59,054 nucleotides of DNA from positions 76,195,321 through 76,254,374 of the forward strand of contig NC_057719.1 in assembly GCF_004010195.1 (NCBI RefSeq), in the 5' to 3' direction. The DNA is from Chiloscyllium plagiosum (lineage: Eukaryota). This document shows positions 49,073 to 59,054 of this stretch, piece by piece (the first letter of the stretch is position 1; each line of letters opens with the position of its first letter). Below the pieces are notes generated by a model. It searched no databases and had not been told where the DNA came from. It was given only the letters and a program-made list of their open reading frames with translations. The translations under genes were made by a program, and so were the position numbers.

Positions 49073-49662
49073 CCCTATAAATGCAGGCTCATCCAGGATT
49101 TGAACTGGGGATCTCTCACAAGTTTGCCTAGAAGAAGTCACAAAGTGAGAATCATACCCCTAGACCAACGAGCCACAGTTAGGACATATTCATCCATATT
49201 ATATTTATGTCAAACTGCTTTTACAATAGTATATATGTCCTGCTTCCAGAACTGCAACACTCACAGAAATAAATATAGGCCATTCAGCCCCTCTGGTCTG
49301 TTCTGTCATTCAACTAAATAATCGATCCAACACTATTGAGCTTGATTATATGGTACCTAAAACATTTGCCGAAAGAAAATCTCCAATCTCAGAATTAAAT
49401 GAAATTATCCTCAGCAGTTTTTGAAAGAGAGTGTTCCAGATCTCTGTTCTAAATCTCGGTGATTAATGTGAAAAAATGTTTCCTGACACCTCCCCTGAAC
49501 AAGTGTACTTGACGTGTAAGCACTTTATGTAATCAACCCCATTTACAGTACATCACTTCAGCCTGTTTCTTATTATTTAACATGTTTTATATGTATGTTT
49601 CATTTATAGTGACATAATACTCCTAAACTCATTATATTTTAATCAGAAAAAACTTTTTAGTT

Positions 49663-50022
49663 GAGTCATAGAATCCCTGCAGTGTGAAAGCAGGCCGTTT
49701 GGCCCATTGAATCCACACTGACCCCCCGAAGAGCATCCCAGCCAACCCCGTACTTGCTACCTCAACCATGCAACCCTACATTTCCCATGGCTAATCCACC
49801 TAGCCTGCGCATTGCTGGACACTATGGGCAAATCAGCATGGTCAATCCACCTAACCTGCACACCTTTGGACTGTGGGAGGAAACCAGAGCACCGGGAGGA
49901 AACCCACACAGACACAGGCAGAATGTGCAAACTCCACACAGACAGTTGCCAGAGGCTAGAATTAAAGCCAGGTCCTTGGTGCCGTGAGGTAGTATATTGA
50001 TCATTGAGCTACTATGCTGCCC
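49663..50022 (-). mobile_element. HE1-type V-SINE
   Basis: V-domain and tail. Confidence 0.88.
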
Positions 50023-51839
50023 TTAAGTGGAGAATGTGGGTAATGATCCCAATACCTCTTGCATACGTTTTAGTAAGACATTTGTTTTCTTCTAACATCC
50101 TACTTGTAACTAACATTGTAAAGCTGAAATTTTCCTGGATTGCAACTTGAGGTTGCACAGCAAATTAAACAGCCATAATCTTAGAGATTAACAGATTAAT
50201 AAATAATGAAAACTAACAAATAATTAGTGCCTCGTGTATTGTGTTTCATACCCAACAAACATGGTCAACAAAGAAATTATCATTCATTAGCAAAGCATTG
50301 TGTTAATTCTCATCAGTCCCACTTTCAAAATTTGATGTCTATTGATTGATGACTTACAGATCATATCGACCTGTTATGGATTATCTTTTGATTGAAGTAA
50401 AAAGGACTTCTTTTGTTGTGTCCTAATACCACTGCGTACTCCTAGTGGTGAGCTTTGTACTCAGATGATAAATTAGGGAAGAACTTTGTGGATAGTTCAT
50501 GAATCCAACAAATCATTGCACTACTCCCATATCTGTTGGTCAATGCATTACTGCAGTAGCCTTCATCATGCCAGAATCAAGGCAACATCATTTTTCTGTC
50601 AGCACATGACCTATGCTTTTGAATTCGAGCATCTTCAATTGCATCTTCGTATTCAGCTTCTGGTTGGCCAGTAAATTCTCTTAACAGTTACACTAAATTA
50701 TGATTGTGTAGCAATATCTTCATCTGTTGTGTCTCTCTATCTATCACCACGGATCACCACAATACCTTCCTCTCTGGGAAGATCGTGGACTAGTTCATGC
50801 CGTTGGTTTTGGTTAATTCTTCTTGAGCAGTGAAAATGTCAAACCACACGCACAACTATCTGTAACCCCCGAAATGGCATGTAAAACCCTAGCTACAGCG
50901 TTCATCAAGACTCACTTATCAGTAACTATTCTATGCATTGATGATCGTAAATAACTTTGCTCTGTCATATTGTGACAACATTTCTTCAGTGGATAGTGAA
51001 ATCTCTTTAAAGTATTATTTAAGATCCCTTGGATGGAACTCTCCCTCGCAGATACTGAGTCGCTCTCACATGCTCTTCTACATTGAAACAATAGTCACAA
51101 GCAAGGTACACAAGACCTATAAAAACTTTTTATATTCTTCTAGGATCTGATAGCAGTGGCCTAATCATCTGCAAAACACTGCAAATATCTTCTAGCACAT
51201 GTACTGTTAAGTCCAAGCATTAGACTTAGTTCGGCTATGGGGAGTGGATTTTGTTTAATAACAACACCAGTAAATCATTCCATTATATAACCTCAACCTT
51301 ACCTTTGAGTGCATCATTCTGTGAAGCTCACAATGTTGCACAAAGCACCAGAGTCTATATGATCCTTCACATTCATTTGGTGCTGTCTTCTGCAGTCATC
51401 ATTCTAACAGCCATAAAGGATTATCATATTTAGAATTAACAATGCCAGCAGTCGCGTGGTGTCAAATGAGTCAATCAGAATCATCAGCTGATATCTCTCA
51501 GGTAGTCTTTCTTTTCTTTTTGTTATCGAGTCACTTGTGTGCAAAATTATCCAATTTGCTGAACTTCAGAGAACTGCTTTCCCTGTGATGGACATGTTTT
51601 CAAGTCTTTGGTGTGGTCTCCTACACGATATTTACATCCAGTCCTCTAGCCTTGACCATTATGTTCACTCTTCTGCAAATATTTGTTTCCTTCTTCCAAC
51701 ATGCTATTTATATCCAGCCTTCACTCAACATAGTGCAAAATGTCTTCTGGTCTCCGATTAATATGCTCTAGTTGATGATCAATAATCTCGAGAGCTTTTG
51801 CACATGTAGATAGCTCACTTGAGTGTAACTTTCTCCTCT

Positions 51840-52740
51840 CAGGATCTGGACCAGATGGGCCAATGGGCTGAGAAGTGGCAGGTGGAGTTTAATTCAGATA
51901 AATGCGAGGTGCTGCATTTTGGGAAATCAAATCTTAGCAGGACTTATACACTTAATGGTAAGGTCCTAGGGAGTGTTGCTGAACAAAGAGACCTTGGAGT
52001 ACAGGTTCATAGTTCCTTGAAAGTGGAGTTGTAGGTAGATAGGATAGTGAAGAAGGCATTTGATATGCTTTCCTTTATTGGTCAGAGTATTGAGTACAGG
52101 AGTTGGGAGGTCATGTTAGATTAGATTACTTACAGCGTGGAAACAGGCCCTTTGGCCCAACAAGTCCACACTGACCCTCTGAAGAGTAACCCACCCANNN
52201 NNNNNNNNNNNNNNNNNNNNNNNNNNNNNNNNNNNNNNNNNNNNNNNNNNNNNNNNNNNNNNNNNNNNNNNNNNNNNNNNNNNNNNNNNNNNNNNNNNNN
52301 NNNNNNNNNNNNNNNNNNGTGCAATTCTGGTCTCCTTCTAATCGGAAAGATGTTGTGAAACTTGGAAGGGTTTAGAAAAGATTTACAAGGATGTTCGCCA
52401 GGTTTGGAGGATTTGAGCTACAGGGAGAGGCTGAACAGGCTGGGGCTGTTTTCCCTGGAGCGTCGGAGGCTGAGGGGTGACCATATAGAGGTTTACACAA
52501 TTATGAGGGGCGTGGATAGGATAAAGAGACAAAGTCTTTTCCCTGGGGTCGGGGAGTTCAGAGCTAGAGGGCATAGGTTTAGGGTGAGAGGGGAAAGATA
52601 GAAAAGAGACCTAAGGGGCAACTGTTTCACGCAATGGGCCGGGTGCTGGCAGGTGGGACTAGATTGGGTTGGGATATCTGGTCAGCAGGGACAGGTTGGA
52701 CCAAAGGGTCTGTTTCCATGCTGTACATCTCTATGACTAT
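51840..52740 (+). mobile_element. CR1 (HER1-like) 3' fragment with an HE1 insertion and a gap
   Basis: DLDQMGQWAEKWQVEFNSDKCEVLHFG; LSYRERLNRLGLFSLERRRLRGD. Confidence 0.92.
52117..52197 (-). mobile_element. HE1 SINE 3' end running into an assembly gap
   Basis: (TAGAT)n then ACTTACAG.GTGGAAACAGGCCCTT. Confidence 0.85.
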
Positions 52741-54179
52741 ATCTGCTCCCTGTTGGCTAAGATCATTATATCTCTGATATGATATTCTTTCAGTTGCCCA
52801 AACTTTCAGGATTGAACAAAATGTATCAGTGCTGTTGAATACCGATCAATCATCTCCCTCTTTTCCAAGTTCTGATGCTGAACATATATCTTCATGGGTA
52901 ATATTAATATAGAGTTAAAAGTTTGTCTTGGAATCCATCAAAATTTCTGATGTCTGATTTTTCTGCTCCTCAGTGAGATCTAAGCTACAATACGGCTCAT
53001 AGCTGTCTGTTCCTGAAACACAGTTGCTACTCTTACATGCTCAGTCTTTTCATTTAATTCTGTATCTATTTCATAGTTTTGCCACAGAGTGGAAAAAACA
53101 TTCAACTTTGTCTCATAATGCCTTTCAGTTCCACAGCAGCAGGGAGTGAAAATGTAACTCACCCTAAAGTTGCAACTGCAGATTTCCTTCTTCCTTGCTG
53201 GTTATTATTGTGGCTGGTGCTTTAAAAGCTCTGAAAATTCATTCAGTCTTAGCTTTTCACCTCTGACATAAAGTTTTGTGTGATGTGGTTAATGGCTGAC
53301 ACAACTAAAGTGAAAGGAAATTACAACAGAGGTAGCAGTCACATGTCTATGGCAAGATTCGATTGTACATTGTACAAAAGCTGTGCTGCAAACAATACTA
53401 AAGCAGAAGGATGTAATGCATTAAAATTATTCTTAAAATGCATATATTACAGTATCTATTACATTGTAACACAATCTGACCATTTTGCTATCTCTATTAA
53501 AATTACATTGTTTTACATTTACATTCCATTGGCTGTAGTGAAGATTAGCATCGTAAAGAAATGTGGAACATGTTCCTCTAATATCAACCAAGACTGTGAG
53601 GAAAATATGCTCAAATTACAATATAATCACAATAATGGGATAATGACCCATTTTACCACAAAGAAAAGATTCAAAAATTATTCTAAAAGAAGGTACATAT
53701 AATTTTATGACAATGAGTGTCCTGAGGAAATCCTGCCCTCAATTTACAAAATGGTTGATGTATAGCAACCAAAGGGATCCTCATCTTTCCATAAGGAGCA
53801 GCTGGCATGTATCGCTGTCTGTGTGCTCAATTTGGCTGTAGAGTTATTTATGAGAGAGAATGTGAAAGGAATGTGAAAGTGCAGTGAGATACAGGATTTG
53901 CCATGATTTTATTGGATGGCAAAGCCTGTGCGAGATATAGATATATAGTATAGCTTATACCTGTTCCTACTTCTATGATGTTATCTATATTCATTTACAG
54001 ATCCCACTGGAGTTATTTACTTCATTCCCAGCTACTATCTATTTTGACACTAAACAGAAATGATACCATCGAACAATTGACAATGCCTTTCGACCGTGTC
54101 TCCCTGCATAGTTTCTAAACTTGATGTACAACAATTTCTTTGTACATAATGTATAGTAAATCAACACCATGCCTGGCAT

Positions 54180-54516
54180 AGATTCATAGAATCTGTGGAA
54201 GCAGGCCACTCAGCCCATCGGGTCCACATCAACCCACTGATGAGCTCACTCCCTACCTTATCCCTATAACCCTGCATTGTCCATGGCTAATCCACCTAGC
54301 CTGCACATCCCTGGACACTATGGGCAACTTAGCATGGACAATCCACCTATTATGTGCATCTTTGACTGCAGAAGGAAATGGAGCACATAGAGGAAACCCA
54401 TGCAGACATGGGAAAAATGTGCAAATTCACACGGACAATCGCCCGGCAGTGGAATCAATCCCAGGTCTCTCGTGCTGTGAGGCAGAAGTGCTAACAACTG
54501 AGCTATGTGCCGCCCA
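54180..54516 (-). mobile_element. HE1-type V-SINE (older)
   Basis: V-domain and head on the minus strand. Confidence 0.82.
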
Positions 54517-55264
54517 AGTATTCTTTATACATCAGTTCACATGGTTTATCTTTAGGAAGAGCAGAATTAAGTTCCCTTGTAAATTGGAAATGAGCTACTC
54601 TTGCATTGACCAGATATGGAACATCATTTACATCATTCTGACAGAGGCGTTCCTGGTACCACAGATAATGTAGAGCAGCATTAAGAAATCAGAAATGGAC
54701 AATAGGAAAAATGCTAGACAGATTCATCACATGAAAAGTCATAACAGGCTATTCAATGCAAGAGTAGCTCACTTTCAATTTACAGGGGAACTTAATTCAG
54801 TTGTTCTTAAAGATAAACCACATGAATCGCTGTATAAAGAATATATGAATGCCCTTTTACTGATTAAATGGTCTATTCTAATTGTGTGGCCATAAGAGGT
54901 GATAAACTGAGTTATAAAGTAGTTTGTGATAGGGGAATGCAAATGTAAGTATCTTGTTTTTAGAGGAGTATTGCCATCTGTGTAAAGATGTGGTCACTAA
55001 AATATAATTTAAAGCGATATTTATCATTATGCTCTTTTATATCATATCTTTATTGATATGCATATATGCTTGTAAATTTTATATTGCATACCCAGTTTGT
55101 AGAGCTAGAATATATATATATATCACACACATACATATATATCTCCAAGTTGTATGTAATGTGCAATTTATTCTATTTATACAGCTAGATAACTTCAGCC
55201 TATATCTTTTTCCTTTATTCATTTGTGGGGTGTGCATGTCACTGATAATGGTTGCCATCATTAA

Positions 55265-55535
55265 TTTCCCTTAAACTGAGAGGCTTGCTGGGTCATTTCA
55301 GAGGGCAGTTAAGAGTCAACCACAGCATTACTGTGACTCTGAGGCTACATGTAGAAAAGACCAATGCAAGATGCAAAATTCACTTCTTTGAAGGAAATTA
55401 GTGAGCCAGATGGGATCACACAACAATTGCTTATGAATCAGCTTCCACAGAGGAATCTGAGCCCATCTTCCTAAAGCGTTGATCTGGGCCCCTGGATTAT
55501 AATTTCAGTGAAATTAACATTACATCACCTCCAAC
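55265..55535 (-). mobile_element. Second tRNA-type SINE family
   Basis: CATTTCAGAGGGCAGTTAAGAGTCAACCACA..TTAGTGAGCCAGATGGG. Confidence 0.7.
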
Positions 55536-56664
55536 ATACCTGCGTATAATAATGAGGAATAATACAGAGTTTTTCACCATACAAACTATGGCCTCAATTC
55601 TTTCTTTACTTTTCTTTTCAATATTTAATACATGGAATTTTTGTATGGGTATTTTGAATTTAAAAAAACCTATTTCAAGCTTCCTTTCCCTTTAATTTAT
55701 GAGCTCAGCAATACTGATTTTTATACCTGATTGCTGTACAATCCCTAGATCTATTTAGAGCACAAATCAATATTACAATGAGCTTGATAGTGCCAAAACA
55801 GACAGATCCATTCTCTACAGATATTCAACCCACTATTCAAGCACAACTGAGTTATGATACAATATGGCTGTTTTAATGTCTTTGATAGGCAAAGTAAACT
55901 AATGACTGAGATTTTACATAACTAGAAATTGGATTAGATATTCTACTTAGTATTGAGTCTATAATTTCCATAGGGTCACTCTAGGGTGCAAAAGAAATTC
56001 ACAGCTTTTTTGTCCACTATGAACCATCTTTTTAAACACCTCTAACCTCCAATAGGTGCTAAAAACCTCATGCTCCTCTGTCCACAAAAGCTTTATTCCA
56101 TCTCATTGTGTCCATGAGACCCACATTAAACTTCTTTTCTGGCCTCCATATTAGCTAACATTATTTGGAACTCCCTCTATTCTGGCTCTGTCTTCCTTCC
56201 CTCCAAATCAGTCATCATGACCACTCTTAAAACAAAATCCAGCTGTCCTTATAAACTATTGGCCCGCGCCAAAACCTCCTTTTTCTGCCCCACACCTTCA
56301 ATAATGTCGCCACCTTCCAAATCCATGCCTTTCTATTCTGCAGTAAACTGTGCAGCAGCAACCGAAAAATAATTCCTTTGTGTTTATGTGTGACTGCACA
56401 GAAAGATTAAGGGGCTGTGAACGTAATAAATCACCCACAGACTCAAAAGAAGTTAGAGTGAATGCTGGTTTGTACTTTTTTAAACTTCAAGTTAATGTTT
56501 TTAAACAGAACTAAATAACCACAAGATATATCCTATCTGAATGTGGATGTGTTAAACTAATGCTAGTCATCCATCTCAACCTGTATGTCATCATTGACAT
56601 TGTTGACCTCATCCATTACGGCTCACTGGGTGGGATTGTACTTGCCTTATTACATCCTTATCCA

Positions 56665-57153
56665 GCAGAAAGTGAGGACTGCAGACGCTGGAGATCAGAA
56701 TCAAAACGTGTGGTGCTGGAAAAGCACAGCCAGTCAGGCAGCATCCGTGGAGCAGGAGAATTGATGTTTCGCGCATAAGCCCTTCATCAGGAATGTGAGG
56801 GGGGGGGGTGGTGAGTTGGTGTGGGAAGGAGGGTTGGATCTGGGATAAAGTGGCAGAGGGGAGATGAGGAAACTGGTGAATCAATGTTGGATGCTGTATG
56901 GGTGAACGGTCCCTAGGTGGAAGATGAGGCGTTCTTCCTCCAAGCGTCGGGTGACTGGTGTTTGGCGGTGGAGGAGGCAAAGGACTTGCATGTTCTTGGT
57001 GGAGTGGGAGGGCGAGTTGAAGTGTTCAGCCACGGGACAGTGAGGTTGTTTAGTGTATGTGTCCCAAAAATATTCCCTGAAATGCTCTGCGAGTTGGTGT
57101 CCTGTCTCCCCAATGTAGAGGAGACCACATTAAGAGCAATGGGCACAGTTGCT
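56665..57153 (-). mobile_element. 5'-truncated Penelope-like element (family A), GIY-YIG region plus 3' end
   Basis: Minus strand reads CGLLYIGETG (GIY-YIG motif) at ~57100-57130 and HFNSP; hammerhead motif CTGATGA-A-GGGC-TTAT-GCGC-GAAAC-ATC at 56761-56795; TTATCCA at 56658-56664 and 57154-57160. Confidence 0.88.
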
Positions 57154-57839
57154 TTATCCATCTAATCCTGCTACAGAATCACATGCAATGCCTTCTCTTC
57201 CCACTCTCACACCATTGCCTCTGCAGTTCACATGGATTTCTATATGATCTTTCACTATTCTAAATACTTTCCCTCAACAGTATCATTCAAAAACATTCTA
57301 GGTTCCACATAAATGCTGATGACATCCACTTCCAGCTCACCACTACTTCTCTTGATCCCTTCAGTGTCTCTGATTTGTCACACTGTTTGTCCAGCATTTT
57401 GTATTGAATGGGTAAGAGCTTCCTCCAAACAAATAAAGGGGAGACCACAGTCATTGTCTAAAGGCCCTGTCACAAACCCTGTTCCCATCTCACCTTCTCT
57501 CAATCTGGCAGCCAACCGAGGCTAAATCTGATTGTTCACAATGTGGTTGTTATGTTTGATTCTGAGTTCAGCTTCTGAACACCATCCTCCTGAACACCAA
57601 GATCAGCTGCTGCTTGTAGACACCATTACCTGATTCTACACCTGCCTCAGCTCATCTGTTCCTGAGGTGCTCATCCAAGACTTTGTTATATCCAGACTTA
57701 ACTATTCCAATATCCTACTCTCTGTAAGCTTTAGCAAATCCAAATTCTGCTGCCATATCCTAACTTACTTCAATTCCATTTGCTCTTGCCTCTATATTCA
57801 CTGATCTACAATGGTTGTTGATTAAAAAACACCTTGATT

Positions 57840-58678
57840 TGGAAGTTGAGGTTATATTTGATGTTATGTTGAGGTTGTACAGGAGGTTAGTGAGGCCTCT
57901 TCTGGATTACTGTGTCCAGTTCTGGTTGCCCTGTTATGGGAAGGATATTATTAGGCTGGAGAGAGTTCAGAAGAGATTTATCAGAATGTTGCCAGTAATA
58001 AATAGTTTGAGTTATAAGAAGAGGCTAGATAGGCTGTTTTTTTTTTCACTGGAGCATAGGAGGTTGAGCAGTGACCTTATACAGAATAGATGGAAAGGAA
58101 GATGGACAGGTGGGGCAGTTCAAGAGGGCGGTGCCGAGTTGGAGGATTGGATCTGGGATGAAGTGGTGGAGGAGAGATGAAGAAACTGGAGAATCAATGT
58201 TGGATGCCATGTGTGTGAAGGGTCCCTAGGTGAAAGATGAGGCATTGTACCTCCAAGTGTCGGGTGGCTGGTGTTTGGAGGTGGAGGATGCCCAGGACTT
58301 GCATGTCATTGGTGGAGTGGGAGGGCGAGTTGAAATGGTCGGCCACAGGAGAGTGAATAGCAGGTGTCATTTTCCTAGGATGGGGGATTTCAAGACTAGG
58401 AGACATACTTTTAATGTGTGAGAAGAAAGTTTTAAAAAGGACACGAGGGGCAATTTTTTTAACAAGGAGAGCGGTTCATGTGTGGAATGAATTTCCAGAG
58501 GAAGTGGTGGATGTGGGTACAATTACATTGTTCAAAAAAAATTTGAATATGTACATGAATAAGAAATATTTGGAGGGATTTGGGCCAAGTGCAGACAGGG
58601 GGACTAGTTTAGTTTGGAAACATGGTTCGTATCAACTAGTTGGACTGAAGGGTCTCTTTCCATGATTCTATGACTCTC
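57840..58678 (+). mobile_element. CR1 (HER1-like) 3' fragment split by a Penelope piece
   Basis: LRLYRRLVRPLLDYCVQFWLP.YGKDIIRLERVQKRF; tail at 58600-58678. Confidence 0.9.
58081..58348 (-). mobile_element. Penelope GIY-YIG C-terminal fragment
   Basis: PVADHFNSPSHSTNDMQVLGILH..HLEVQCLIFHLGTLH. Confidence 0.85.
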
Positions 58679-58790
58679 TAGGTATTTTTACTTGTTTTCA
58701 AATCTCTATGACATTACTCACTCATCTCTTCCAAACCTCCAATATCTCTGTGTTCCTCTAATGTTGACTTCTTCAGCATCCAGATTTTAA

Positions 58791-59054
58791 TTGCACCATC
58801 ACTGACAGTCATGCACCATCACGGACAGTCATGCACCATCACTGACGCTCATGCACCATCACGGACAGTCATGCACCATCACTGACAGTCATGCACCATC
58901 ACGGACAGTCATGCGCCATCACTGACGCTCATGCACCATCACTGACACTCATGCACCATCACGGACAGTCATGCGCCATCACTGACAGTCATGCACCATC
59001 ACTGACACTCATGCACCATCACTGACAGTCATGCACCATCACTGACGCTCATGC
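58791..59054. repeat. 20-bp minisatellite (ATGCACCATCACTGACAGTC)n, at least 13 units, runs off the window end
   Basis: Direct reading; four variants of the second half (ACTGACAGTC, ACGGACAGTC, ACTGACGCTC, ACTGACACTC). Confidence 0.97.

Larger units (their letters stand above)
50390..53270 (-). mobile_element. Decayed Ty3/Gypsy gag-pol (gag, zinc knuckle, protease, RT), split by a CR1
   Basis: Hand translation of the minus strand: gag WQNYEIDTELNEK..VRVAT (ORF 52980-53162); CKY..HTKDLKTCPSQGK..NFAHK at ~51540-51640; protease IDSGALCNIV at ~51326-51361; RT-like TAQEE, HELVHDLP, IGHVLT, VQ*FVGFMNY..KFFPNLS at ~50450-50880. Confidence 0.75.
56070..58800 (+). mobile_element. Old L2-type LINE remnant hosting Penelope and CR1 insertions
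   Basis: Decayed RT-like blocks: ATAAATGCTGATGACATCCA (YADD-like) at ~57310, CTCATCCAAGACTTTGTTATATCCAGACTTAACTATTCCAA (LI..FV.SRL.YSN) at ~57670, CTGATCTACAATGG (DLHW-like) at ~57805. Confidence 0.6.

Noticed and set aside
53280..53702. 140-aa ORF
   Set aside because: Low-complexity AT-rich translation with no known motif, in the position expected for a Gypsy LTR or old SINE sequence

Overview
Eukaryotic, repeat-dense, apparently non-genic (intergenic or intronic) DNA from a cartilaginous fish. The shark assignment is inferred from HE1-type V-SINEs, HER1/CR1 LINEs and a SacSINE1-like DeuSINE. No host protein-coding gene could be supported; the recognisable ORF-track hits are transposon fragments. 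The window holds many CR1 LINE pieces (one near full length at 7.1-10.4 kb), about 15 HE1 SINEs, a second tRNA-SINE family and its partner LINE, L2 remnants, LTR pieces and a decayed Gypsy gag-pol at 50.4-53.3 kb. It also holds many Penelope-like insertions carrying minimal hammerhead-ribozyme motifs, several with inverted arms and clear target-site duplications. The most striking object, invisible in the ORF track, is a 3.26-kb Mutator-like (FLYWCH/Phantom-type) DNA transposon at 11776-15038. It is bounded by a 10-bp direct repeat and keeps only the FLYWCH N-terminus and the extreme C-terminus of its transposase. One of its terminal inverted repeats has expanded into a ~2.4-kb array of 31-bp units. 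All calls were made by eye; family names rest on recalled motifs, not database searches, and boundaries of old repeats are approximate.
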